Positions 13,944 to 30,692 of a DNA stretch of 64,000 nt are shown here, piece after piece. Within the stretch, counting starts at the first letter, position 1; each line of letters opens with the position of its first letter. The DNA lies in contig CM000151.3 of NCBI GenBank assembly GCA_000004695.1, positions 4,032,001 through 4,096,000 of the forward strand, read 5' to 3'. The translations under genes and the position numbers were made by a program. Below the pieces are notes generated by a model. It saw only the letters and a list, made by a program, of their open reading frames with translations. It had not been told where the DNA came from and made no database searches. The DNA comes from Dictyostelium discoideum. Its lineage: Eukaryota.

Positions 13944-15768
13944 ATATACTTGATTTTTATTTATTTATTTTATATATAGATAAATATATAAAATATAATT
14001 TTCTTATTTATTGTTGTTGTTGTTGTTTTTTTTTTAGTTGTTGTTGTTTGTTGTTGTTTGTTGTTTGTTGTTGTTTGTTGTTATTTTATTTGTTTGTTTT
14101 ATTTGTTTTCTCTATATGTTATTTTTAATTTAAAATTAAAAAAAAATAATAAAAAAGGTTGATCAAAAAGAAAAAGAAAAAAAATTTAAAAATTGAAAAA
14201 ATAAAAGTTAATAAAAAAAAAAAAAAAAATCGTTATTTGTATAAATCAATATTACAAGTAAAATTTTTTTTTATTTTTTTTATTTTTTTTTTTTTTTTAT
14301 TTATATAATTTATTAAAAAAGGGTGCAGAGTGTACAAACAAAAAAAAAAATTAAAAAAATATGAAAAAAAAAAATTTTATTAACCCAGTACAAAAAAAAA
14401 AAATGGGAAAATTGTTTTTTTTTCTTTTGTTAAAATATTTAATAAAAAAGTTGTGGGTGATAATATCACGTGTGTTTAGAAAAAAAGATATTTTTTAATA
14501 CGGGAAAATAGTTTTTCTTTTTTTTTTTTAAAAATTTTATTTTAATTAATTTTTTTTTTTTTTTTAAGTATTCTACACCAAAAAAAAATTCGATTTCCCA
14601 AATATTTTTTATTTTTTTAACTTTTTTTTTTTAATTTTTTAACTTTTTTTTTTTTTTAACTTTTTTTTTTTTTTTTTTTTTTAACTTTTTTTCTTTTTTT
14701 TTTTTTTCTTTTTTAAATTTTTTTTTAATTTTTTTAATAAATAATAAATAAAAAATATAATTGATTAAGTTTTGTTTTTTTTTTAAAAAAAAAATTATTT
14801 ATGTTTTTTTTTAAAAAAAAAATTATTTATGTTTTTTTTTTTTTTTTAAAAAAAAAATAAAATTAAAAAAAAAAAAAAGACTTTCTGGTGTTGTCCAAAT
14901 ACTTCATATTTCTGTATATCTTGCTTTCATTTATTTTTGGCAGTTTTTCGATAAAAATGGAAAAACTATTATTTTATTGTCTTTTTTTTTTTTCCTTTTT
15001 TATTTTTTCTTTTTTTATTTTTTTTTTTTTTTTTACTTTTTTATTTTTTTTTTTTTACTTTTTTATTTTTTTTTTTTTTCCTTTTTTTATTATTTTTTTT
15101 ATTTTTATTTTTTTTTTGTTTTATTTGTTTTAAACAATCAAATAATTTTTTCTTATAAATAAAAACAAATAAAATTATTATCAATAATTCATTTGATTAT
15201 CTAAAAAAGGATTTATTCATATATTTAATTTTACAATATCAACTCTCAAAAAAATTAAATAAATATTAATAAATCATTTTTTATATATTCAATTAAATAA
15301 ATAGTATAAAAATAAAAATTATATTTAATACTTTTTTCTTGTTTGAATAAAAATCAACAACCATTAAAATTTGGTACTGATTCAACCAAATATTACTACA
15401 TGGTGAGTTTAAGAATGAAATTGAAAACCTTATCTTATGAAATGATTTTAACCAGCCAACTTGGTGTTTTAGGTCATATATTACCTCAATTGTCAATTTC
15501 CAGAAATTATACAACAATTATTGATAATTCATTTTCGAAAGTATCAATTTTTAGAAAGTAACACTTTTTAATAACACAATAAATCTCTATTGATTTATTA
15601 AATTAAAATAAAAAATAAAAATAAATAAAAAGATTTATATTAATTTTTTTTTTTTGATGGCTGGATAAAGATCAACAACCACTAAAAATAAGATTATATT
15701 TTATTATTATTATACATTTAAATATATTTGTTTGTGTGAGAAGCACTTTCATCACTAGTTTTAATTGT

Positions 15769-16905
<1,137 letters not shown>

Positions 16906-16984
16906 TTATATTTATTTATTTGATTATTTTTTGAATTGATTAAAAAAAAAAAAAAAAATTTCATTTTTATAATTTCAGAAACCT

Positions 16985-17027
<43 letters not shown>

Positions 17028-17029
17028 AA

Positions 17030-17103
17030 AATAAAATCCCATTTTTAAGGCGTGTGACACCCATGGTTTGAAAATTTCAATCAAATTCAAATAACTTTAC
17101 TAC
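17030..17103 (-). promoter_or_regulatory. Conserved actin 5' flank element of about 80 bp (..AAATCCCA..CACCCATGGTTTGAAAATTTCAATCAA..TTCAAATAACTTTACT)
   Basis: Near-identical blocks sit 120-190 bp upstream of actin copies A (17030-17103), C (21491-21565) and D (23718-23790), each in the orientation of its gene. The block upstream of copy B (21285-21365) is diverged and rearranged. Confidence 0.5.
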
Positions 17104-17392
17104 TAAAAAAAAAAAACCCACTTTTTATTTAAAAATTTCTTTTTTAATTAGGCAAAAGAATATCAATTCCTTGTTTATTATTTGAATTTTAGGAAAAAAA
17201 AAAAAAAAAAAAAATAATATTATTTTTTTATCAATATCTATTTTTTTATATAAACATATTATTCCTCAAAATAAAAAACAACCATACAAAAAAAATATAT
17301 ATATATTTTTTTTTTTTTCAAAGTGTTAATATGAATGAACTATTTATAGATTATTAAAATATACATAAATATTTTTTTAATTTTTTTAAATA

Positions 17393-17423
<31 letters not shown>

Positions 17424-17950
17424 TTAAAATTAATTAAACTTTATGGTTTTTCTAGATTTTGATATAAAACCCGAACGACAGTGTGTTTTTACATTTTTTT
17501 TATTTTTTATTTTATTTTTTTTTTTAATTTTATTATTTCGTGCAACTCTGAAAAAATAAAAACGACAAGTTTTTATAAAATATCTTTTTTTTGATAGGCA
17601 GTGAAAAAGTTTTTAATCGATTATTTTCAAAGGATTGGACAGTTTTTCTTTTAAATGGGGCAAATCTGTAAATTTCAGGGTATATATAATCAGATTATTA
17701 AGATTATTTTACTTTTTAGTTTTGAATAATTTTTTAAAAAATAAACCACCAAAAATTCCAAATTTCAAAGTACACCAGTTTTTTTTATTTTTTTTATTCT
17801 TTATTCTTTTTTTTTTCTTTTTTATTTTTTTATTTTTATTTTCCGGAACACGAATCAGAATAAAGAAAAATAAAAAAAAAAGAATAAATAATTAATATTA
17901 ACATAGATTTTTTTTTTTTTTTTAATAAATAAATAAATAATAAAAAAAAA

Positions 17951-19858
17951 ATGAAATTTAAATTAATTATTTTTATAATAATAATTTATATTATTAAAAT
18001 TTTAAAAAGTGAAATATTAAATGAATTTGGTTATGGATTAGTAGATGAAAATTTAAAATGTTTATCTTTTATTGGAGATTCAAATAATCAACAATTATGT
18101 AATAATAAATTAATAAATAAACAATTAATATATAGTACAATTAATAAATCAAATCAAATTCAAAGTTTAAAAATGGTTGAACAATCATTTAAACAATTAA
18201 CATTTTTACAAGGAAAATGTTTAAATTTAAATTTTGCTCAATTTGGAATTTGTGATATTTATTTCCCATCGTGTGTTGAAACAAGTTTTGGAATTTCTTT
18301 ACCAAAGAGATTATGTAAATCAGTTTGTAAACAAATTGTTACCGATTGTCCAACACTTGGAGTATCATTAAATTGTTCAGATTCAAATAAATTTCCAACA
18401 ATTGGTACTCTTTACAATTTAACAAAATATGGATATACTGAAAATAATGGATTTTATCAAGTAGAATGTTCAAATCCAACAAATTATTATTATAATGAAA
18501 TAAATTCAACAAATAATCAATTTATTGAAATTTGTCCAAGCCCATTAGTTTTAAGAAATCAGTCTGATTCAAAATATGGAGAAGATAAAGGTTATACATA
18601 TTTATCACCAACAAATTGTGTACTTGGTTGTCCTCAACCATTTTTTAAAAATAATAAATGGGTACAAATGTATAAAATGTCAATAGTTTTATCAACATTA
18701 AGTTTTATTTGTAGTATTTATAATATTATAACATTTGGTTTACTTTCAAAATTAAAAAGTAAATATAATTTATGTATTACCTTTTTTTCAGTGTCAACTG
18801 TTTTAATGAGTTTAATGGATATTGTAACATATGGTATTGGTTATGAAGAATTATTATGTCCTGAATCAGGTAGATATGCCATTCAATCTGATGTTGCATG
18901 TGGAGTTACAGGTGCTTTCTTTCATATTGGTATTACAACTGGTGTTCTATGGTGGACAACAATGTCAATTTGTTTATACTCTGAAGTTAAAAGATTTAAA
19001 ATGATTAGTTTTAGATATATCATAATTTTCAACTCTGTAATTAGTTTAATACTTTTAATAATACCTTTATCTGGACAAGCTTTTATGAGTGGTAATGGAT
19101 CATTGGGATGCTGGATTAGAAAAACTTGGTATGCAAATGGTACTTTCTGGATTCCTTGTGGTATTTCATTATTTATTGGTGCAATTTGTATTGTTTTAGT
19201 AATTTATGAAATTTTTAAAATTTCAAGAAACCTTTCAAAAGATAACAAACCATTAATGTTTCAAATTAGACCATTCCTTTGTGTATTGTTAGTTGGTGGT
19301 TCATTTTTATATTTATTCATTTTTTATTTTAATAATGAAAGAAATCTTGATAAATATAAAGCTGCAATTCCAAGTTATGTTCAATGTTTATTATCATCCG
19401 ATGAAAATGGTGAAGATTGTTTAACTGATGGCCCTGGATTTGGAGCTTATTTTACCTTTTATTTCTTTACTAGATTATTTGGTATCACTTCTTTTTCTAT
19501 TTATGGTACTTCAAAAATTGCAAGAGATATCTGGTTTGAATCAGCTTATAATCATCCATTCTTTAATCCTTATATTGTTAAATGTTTATCTTTACTTGGT
19601 ATTAGTAAACATTTCAGTTCAAATAGTATTAGTGGTTCAAACCAAAAAAGATTTAATCGTAATGGAAGTAATTTCAATATGAAACAAAATAAATCAAATC
19701 CTAATGATTCAATTTCCCTATCAGTGGTTGAATCAACGAAAAAACAAGATACTGAAAATGAATTAGAAAGTAACATAGAAACAAAAGAAAATCGTAGTAC
19801 TGATATTAGTATTGAAAATACTACTTCCTCAAAAGATTCAAATACTAATAGTTTTTAA
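17951..19858 (+). CDS. Frizzled/smoothened-like 7TM receptor (Dictyostelium fsl family)
   Basis: A signal peptide is followed by a Cys-rich FZ/CRD-like domain (C..C..C pattern across residues 30-200), then seven hydrophobic helices and a Ser/Asn-rich C-terminal tail. It is a single long ORF lying between two actin copies. Confidence 0.75.
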   Translation: MKFKLIIFIIIIYIIKILKSEILNEFGYGLVDENLKCLSFIGDSNNQQLCNNKLINKQLIYSTINKSNQIQSLKMVEQSFKQLTFLQGKCLNLNFAQFGICDIYFPSCVETSFGISLPKRLCKSVCKQIVTDCPTLGVSLNCSDSNKFPTIGTLYNLTKYGYTENNGFYQVECSNPTNYYYNEINSTNNQFIEICPSPLVLRNQSDSKYGEDKGYTYLSPTNCVLGCPQPFFKNNKWVQMYKMSIVLSTLSFICSIYNIITFGLLSKLKSKYNLCITFFSVSTVLMSLMDIVTYGIGYEELLCPESGRYAIQSDVACGVTGAFFHIGITTGVLWWTTMSICLYSEVKRFKMISFRYIIIFNSVISLILLIIPLSGQAFMSGNGSLGCWIRKTWYANGTFWIPCGISLFIGAICIVLVIYEIFKISRNLSKDNKPLMFQIRPFLCVLLVGGSFLYLFIFYFNNERNLDKYKAAIPSYVQCLLSSDENGEDCLTDGPGFGAYFTFYFFTRLFGITSFSIYGTSKIARDIWFESAYNHPFFNPYIVKCLSLLGISKHFSSNSISGSNQKRFNRNGSNFNMKQNKSNPNDSISLSVVESTKKQDTENELESNIETKENRSTDISIENTTSSKDSNTNSF

Positions 19859-19892
19859 AAATATTTTAAATAAAATTGTATATATTGTATAG

Positions 19893-19950
<58 letters not shown>

Positions 19951-20061
19951 TGATTGGATAAAGATCAACAACCATTTAAAGATTTAAATTATATTTTATT
20001 AAGGTTTTATTATTATTATACATATATTATATTATAAATGCTCATTGCAAAAATTAATTAT

Positions 20062-21198
<1,137 letters not shown>

Positions 21199-21275
21199 TT
21201 ATATTTTATTTATTTTAGAGTTTTAAATTATGAAAAAAAAAAAAAAAAAATTTCATTTTATGATTTCAGAAACCT

Positions 21276-21309
<34 letters not shown>

Positions 21310-21682
21310 AAAATAAAAATAAAATCCCACAGTTTGAAAATTTCAATCAGTGGGTCTGAAAATTTTTGTCAATTTCAAATAACACTGAATCCATTTTTTT
21401 TTTTCAAAATTTTCTTTGAAATTTAATGGAGATTTTGAATATAAAAGTTTTATTTATTTTTTTTGGGAAAAAAAAGGTGTTTTTTTTTTTAGTAAAGTTA
21501 TTTGAAATTGATTGAAATTTTCAAACCATGGGTGGTTTCTCGCTTTAAAATTGGGATTTTATTTTTATTTTTTTTAATTTCATATTTTTTTTTTTTTTTT
21601 TTTGTTTTCTTACCCTATAAATAAATTTTTTTTTTTTTTTTTTTTTTTCATAATTTTAAACTCTAAAATAAATAAAATATAA

Positions 21683-22819
<1,137 letters not shown>

Positions 22820-23909
22820 ATTTAAAAAAATAATTTTGCAATGCGCATTCATAATATATGTATAGTAATAATAATAAAACCTTAATAAAATATAATTCAA
22901 ATCTTTAAATGGTTGTTGATCTTTATCCAATCACTTTAAAAAAAAAAAAAAAAAAAAAAATTCTATATAAAAATAATTATTTTAAATTTCATTTTTTATT
23001 TTTGTTTATTTATTTATTTAATTTTTAATATTAAAAGTTATTAAAAAAAAAAATATATGTTAATATTAATTTTTTTTTATTTTTTTTATTTTGCTTATTC
23101 TATTCGTGTTCCAGAAATAAAAAAATAAATAAAAAAAAAAAATAGAATGAAAAAAAATAATAAAATAAAAGTTTGGTGTATTTTGAAATTTGGAATTCAG
23201 AGGTTTATTTTTAAAAATTACAAAAACTAAAAAGAAAAATAAAAAGGAAAAATCTTATTAATCTGAAAATTACAGATTTGCCCCAATTTAAAGAAAAATT
23301 ATCCAAAATAATCAATCAACAACGATATCTTTTTGATAGATATTTATAAAAACTTTATCTTTTTTATTTTTTCAAAGTTGCGCAAAATAATAAAATTAAA
23401 ATAAATATAAAAACTGTAAAAAGAAAAAAAAAAGTGTAAAGGTTTATTAATTATTTAATTATTATTCACTTTTTGTAATTATTTTTTTATTTTGAAGAAT
23501 AATGATGGATATTTTATATAAAAAAAAAAAGAGATATGAAAAAATAATAATTATAAAAAAAAAAAAAAAAAATAGAATTTTAAAGTTTTAGTACAAATGG
23601 ATGATTTTTTTTTTTTTTTTTTTTTTTTCCTAAATAATTCAAGTAATAAACAAAGAATTGATATTCTGATGCCTAATTAAAAAAGAAATTTTTAAATAAA
23701 AAATGGGTTTTTTTTAAGTAAAGTTATTTGAAATTGATTGAAATTTTCAAACCATGGGTGGTTTTTCGCTTTAAAATTGGGATTTTATTTTTATTTTTTT
23801 ATATTTTTTATTTTTTATTTTTTTTTTTTTTGAGGTTTCTGAGATTATAAAATGAAATTTTTTTTTTTTTTTTAATTAATTCAAAAAATAATCAAATAAA
23901 TAAATATAA

Positions 23910-25046
<1,137 letters not shown>

Positions 25047-25177
25047 ACAATTAAAACCAGTGATGAAAGTGCTTCTCACACTTAACAATATAATATTTAT
25101 ATGTATAATAATAAAATCTCAATAAAATATAATTCTTATTTTTATTTTTGAATGGTTGTTGATCTTTATCCAGCCAT

Positions 25178-25211
<34 letters not shown>

Positions 25212-25448
25212 CAAATGAAACTATTAATTTTTTTTTTTTTAACCCAAAATTCCTTTATTGTAATTTGTATTATCGTTAAATAACAAAATAATATATATTT
25301 TTTTTTTTTTAAAAAAAACAAAGTCTTTGTAATTCAATTATATGATTGATTTTATTATTAATTTTTTATTTATTTTATTTTATTATTATTTACAATTTTT
25401 TTATTTTTATTTTTTAAAAAGTGAATATATCTTTTTTTTTTTTTTTTT

Positions 25449-26614
25449 TTAAAAGTAAACAGTTTTTACATTTGATAAATTTTGTTCAGCAGGACAATAT
25501 GGACATTTAAAACGATTTGAGGAACCTTTTAATAAACGTTGCATTGAATTTTTACATAATAGATGACCACAAAATAACATAACAGGAGGATTTTGAGAAG
25601 TACTTTGTTCTCTACTGACAGGACAAGCGAAAACACTATGAAATTTATATTTTTCATCGACATTGATTTCAACGGTTAATGAATCATCATTTACACCCTT
25701 CAATACACTAAATGATGATAACTTTAATAGGGTTGGTAAAGATTTGATACCAACGGTAATGGTTATTGATAAGGGTGATTCTTGAGGTAACCCCATTAAA
25801 GAGCAATTATCCCTCGAGAATGTATTTCTAATTTCAAACCATTGATCATCGATTGATTGTTGTTCAAAAATATCTTTATAGGGTGATTGATCTAACCTCT
25901 TGGCAAAGAGGAATGTACCCATCAATTGTTGAAGATCTTTCATATGTGTCGTTGAGAACTCTTCGAGATAATCTCTTGCATATTGTAAAGCATCGTCTGA
26001 TTTTTGATTCTTTAACAATTGTATAATATGTAACCTATGTAATTTAAACTCTAAACTACTATCAATACTTGATAAACCTTCTCTATGTAATCTACACCAT
26101 TCAATCACTGGTTTCAAATTGAATTGTTCAATTGATTCCAATATCTTATGATGCTCTATAAAACAATCCTTTATTGAGATTGCCACCTTTTTATCAATAC
26201 CAATTTCATTTGCAAATATATCACCAATTTCAAATTTACCAACTCTATATAAATGATTTAATATAACTTTATTTAAAATTTTTGTATCAAATCCAATATC
26301 TTTTGTTGATTTTTCAATATCATTTCTAAAATTCTAATTTATATAATAATATTAATATATCATTACAAAATAAAATAAAATAAAATATTAATATATCACT
26401 ACAAAATAAAATAAAATAAAAAATTTGTAATTAAATTATATTTACTTTATCTACTAATTTACCAAATTTAGAAATTGGTGCATGTAATTCTTTATGTTCG
26501 CTAACTAATTTAGTACATAATTTAGAATCTATTAAAGATTGATTTAATTTTGAAATTGCTTTTGGTATTATATCATTTGTTGTTTCAACTATCATTTGAT
26601 CATCATCATTATTG

Positions 26615-26679
<65 letters not shown>

Positions 26680-26896
26680 TGTTATTATCGATATTATTAT
26701 CATTATTACTTGATAAAGATAAAACTTGTTTACATTGTTTTAAACTTGAAATTATTGTATCAATATCAGAAATTGCTTTACTTAAACATGTTTTTTGCTT
26801 TTTTATTATTCTAGTTAACCCATCATCTAACTGGTCAAATTCTACTTTATTTCCTCCTCCACCACTACCTCCGTTATTACTAACACTTTCTTCCAT
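25449..26896 (-). CDS. RMD5/GID2-type CTLH-RING E3 ligase subunit (LisH/CTLH plus C-terminal RING-like domain)
   Basis: The C-terminus FACPVSREQSTSQNPPVMLFCGHLLCKNSMQRLL..RFKCPYCP matches RMND5 [41 protein letters not shown]. The CTLH region SLEFKLHRLHIIQLL matches SLEFKLHRLYFISLL. Exon 3 is 25449-26333. Upstream coding runs 26446-26896 (KELHAPISKFGKLVDK parallels RMND5 KDIHSSVSRVGKAIDK), with a GTAAAT donor at 26440-26445. The reading frame changes inside the (AAT)n tract at 26611-26690; see findings. Confidence 0.65.
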
Positions 26897-27003
26897 TTAA
26901 ATATTATTAATATATGAATACTTTTTTTATTTTATTTTATTTTTTTTTTTTGGAATAGCTTTTTTTTTTTTTTAAATTAAAAAAAAAAAAAAAAAAAATT
27001 TTG

Positions 27004-27035
<32 letters not shown>

Positions 27036-27891
27036 TTATTTAATTTCAGATAAATTAAAAATCTTTAAAAAAATAAAAAAAATTAAATACTTAATATGGA
27101 AAGTAGTATTATGTTAATAAAAAATCATAATAAGCAAAAATAAAAAAATAAAATAAAATAAAATAATTTATAAAAAAATTTTTTCGGGTAAGTTTTAGAT
27201 TTTTAGATAAATTCCCTATACAATCATTTTAGAAAAAAAAAAGTTTTCTTAATCAAAGTAAATGGAATTTTTTTTTTTTTTAAAAAATTCTGGAAAATTA
27301 TTTAATAACATATTTGAAATTAATTGGGAAATTGGGTTTTAAAATATAATTAATTATGGTAAATTATTATTTAAAGAATTTTATAATTTGTTTAAAAAAA
27401 AAAAAACCAAAAAATCCCATGTATATTTAAATATTTAATTTTAAAAATCCCATGTATATTTAATTTCAAAAAAAAAATATATAATCATCAAAATCAATTG
27501 ACCAATTTAGCTTTAAAGCTGTTTAATTAATAAAAAAGTGGTAATTTACAAATTTGACATTTAAAATTTAAATAAAATTAAAAAAAACAATTAGGGTTAC
27601 AATTTAATAATTTTTATAATTTTCAATTAATAGCTTGCCTGGGTTAAAAGAAATAAATTTAAATAAATTTAATTATAATAAAAAAAAACAATAAAAATAT
27701 ATAAAGGGTTACTGGAAGGGGTTAAAAATCATTTAAAAAGAACAAGGTATATCACTTTTTTTTTTTTATTAAAATTTTTTTTTTAATTCAATTATTATTT
27801 TTTAATTAATTTTTTTTTTTATTTTCATTTTTTTATTTTTGATAATTAAACTTTTTTTTTATTATTACTTTTTTTTTTTATTATTAATAAA

Positions 27892-29463
27892 ATGTTATTA
27901 AAAATTTTAATTATTTATTTCATTTTTTTAAATTGGTTTGTTTTATCATTGGGACAATTAAAAAATTATAATGATAATTCAATTACATTAATAGTTGATC
28001 CATTTTCAAACAAAAATATAAACTTTTATAAAAGTGGAGAAAAATGTGGAGATACTCATAACAGATGTAAATCAATTAATGATGCAATTTTATATTTCAA
28101 TACCATCGCAATTGCAACCCCAAATAATAATAAATTAAGTTATCAACAATTAAATTTACAATTAGCAGATGGAATTTACTCAACTACAGAATATTCTTTT
28201 AATTTATTTGAATTTAATATAAATATAGAACCATTTAATAAAAATTCAAAAAAGGTAGTATTTGATGGTAGTAATAGTAGTAATAAAAATAATAATAATA
28301 ATGCATTATTTTATGTTGAACCAGTTTCAAATACTACCTCATTACCATTTAAAAAAAGAACAATTAATTCAGCCACCACTAGTATATTATCAAGTATATC
28401 AATTTCAGATATTACATTCATTTCATTCTCAAATACAATAATTAAAATTGATAATAGAAATGATGATAGTTATAATATAATTAATATAAATAATTGTGTT
28501 TTTAAAAATTTTACATCATCACCTCAAAAAATTGAAAAATATGGTTCACCAATTATTTATTTACAATCATCATCATCACCATCATCATTTTTAGAACAAA
28601 ACCAAACACAAAAACAACAATTAAATATTAATAACTCAGTTTTTAAATCTTCAAATTTATTTACGTCATTATGGAAAACTAGATTAATTCATATTGAAAA
28701 TACAAAATCATTAATGAATAATAATGTTTTTCATAATTTAAATGGTTTGAAAAGTTTATCAAATTTGATTTATTCAAGATTTAATTCAGATATTACAATT
28801 AATTCAAATCAATTTCATGATATAGTTACATATAATGGTTTAATTAATAGTGATAATTCAATGATTAAAATAATTAATTCAAATTTTAGATCAATCATTG
28901 GTAATAATTTTGGTTCAGTATTATATTTTACAACTTCATCAACTTTTCCATCATTTACATTTTTTATTGAAAATTGTAATTTTTGGAATTGCACTTCATT
29001 ATATAGTAGTGGTGTTATAAATGCTGTTGGTATAAATAATAATAATAATGATAATGATAAAAATAAAATAATTGATTGTAGTTTCTTTAATAATAAAGGA
29101 CCTGATTCAAGTATATTATCATGTCAAACAATTGATATAACAATTCAATATTCAAAATTAATATCAACCAATTCTCATGGTGGTACATTTTTAATTTACA
29201 CTTCAAATTTATTTGTTCAAAATAATTATATCCAAGATGAGATTAATGATGATTCAATCGTTGATTCTGGTAGAATTCAAACAATGGGTAAAGCAAATTT
29301 AACAATGTCTTCAAATAATTTTGGTAATGATTTAAATCATAAATTTAAATTTTCTTGTGATGATTCAATAATTAATTTACAAAATAGTCAAGATTTAATA
29401 CCATCATTTATTTGTAATCAATGTTTAGATTTTACAATTAATAATAATAATTCAATTTGTTAA
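27892..29463 (+). CDS. Hypothetical secreted Asn/Ser-rich protein (523 aa) with an N-terminal signal peptide
   Basis: The start MLLKILIIYFIFLNWFVLSLGQ is a signal peptide. The ORF is long with many N-x-S/T sites. No domain recognised. Confidence 0.5.
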   Translation: MLLKILIIYFIFLNWFVLSLGQLKNYNDNSITLIVDPFSNKNINFYKSGEKCGDTHNRCKSINDAILYFNTIAIATPNNNKLSYQQLNLQLADGIYSTTEYSFNLFEFNINIEPFNKNSKKVVFDGSNSSNKNNNNNALFYVEPVSNTTSLPFKKRTINSATTSILSSISISDITFISFSNTIIKIDNRNDDSYNIININNCVFKNFTSSPQKIEKYGSPIIYLQSSSSPSSFLEQNQTQKQQLNINNSVFKSSNLFTSLWKTRLIHIENTKSLMNNNVFHNLNGLKSLSNLIYSRFNSDITINSNQFHDIVTYNGLINSDNSMIKIINSNFRSIIGNNFGSVLYFTTSSTFPSFTFFIENCNFWNCTSLYSSGVINAVGINNNNNDNDKNKIIDCSFFNNKGPDSSILSCQTIDITIQYSKLISTNSHGGTFLIYTSNLFVQNNYIQDEINDDSIVDSGRIQTMGKANLTMSSNNFGNDLNHKFKFSCDDSIINLQNSQDLIPSFICNQCLDFTINNNNSIC

Positions 29464-29567
29464 CTGAAAAAAAAATAGAATAAAAAATAAAATAAAATAA
29501 AATATGTATGTTTTGAAATTATATTTATTTATTAATAAATGTTAATTTTAAGATTGGTAATTATAAT

Positions 29568-30080
29568 CTATTTGTAAGCATTGAGAGTTCCAGTTTCAAT
29601 TACACTAATTACTCTATTTGAACGATTTGGAGTTTGATGATTCCAAGTTGAGTTTTTCATTTCTTTTGCTGCTTCAGCCCACTTTTTTTCTTCAATTAAT
29701 TTTAATGACATTTTAAAAGTTAAAACATTGTTTACACCCATTTGGAAAACCATATTGATTATAGCCATTTTACGAATATTATCTAAATTTTTATAAATTG
29801 TTGATAATGTTGGATTACTCTCAATTGATTTTGTGGCTACAGATAAATCCTTTTCAAATAAAGCTTCTGATTCTGAACTTGTAATTATTGGTTCATTTTT
29901 TGAATCCATTTTTACCTTATGACCAATTTTTTCTTCAAGGGATAAGATAGCAGCATTTCTTTCTTTAATTCTTGTAATTAAATGACCAATTCCAATTGTA
30001 TAATAACCTTCAGTATCTTTATACATTTCTAACTTTTCACCCTCATCATATTTTAACATATCTTTTATTGAAGAAACCAT
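29568..30080 (-). CDS. Phage T4-type lysozyme (glycoside hydrolase family 24), 170 aa; tandem copy 1
   Basis: [52 protein letters not shown] aligns to T4 lysozyme [52 protein letters not shown]. The catalytic Glu, Asp and Thr equivalents are conserved. Confidence 0.85.
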   Translation of the reverse strand: [170 protein letters not shown]

Positions 30081-30692
30081 TCTTTTTTAAAATTATTTAA
30101 TTAAAAAATATATTTTAATTGAATAATGGATTATATATATTTTTTTTTAATTTAAATAGGGAAAAAAAAAAATATATTATTTAAAAAAATAAGTTATTAA
30201 TTGAATTTTTAAGTAATTTATTATTATAAATGAATTATTTTTAAATTCATTTAATTGAATTATAAAAATTACAAATTTAAATTTTTTGCACCCACCCTTA
30301 ATTATAGTATTTTTAAATGCTGAATATTGTTTGTGTTATTAATGAATAATTGAATATAATAATTAAAATTGAATAATTATATTTTTTTTTTTTTTTTTTT
30401 TTCAAAAAAAAAAAAAAAAAAAAAAAAAATAAAAACAATATATTTAAATTTAAAATAAAATATTCCAATATTTATTTCTATTATATAAAAAAAATGAAAA
30501 AAAAAAAATTTAATAATTTGTTCAATAAAATATTGTATTTCCTCTGTAAATAATTATTTATTTATCTTTTTCATAAAATTAATTTTTTTTTTTTTTTTTT
30601 TTATTTTTCTTATAGAATTCTCCAAGTATAGGCTATTTACAGTTGAACCGATTATTTATTTATTAATATTAAACAAGTGTACCAGTTGTGAT

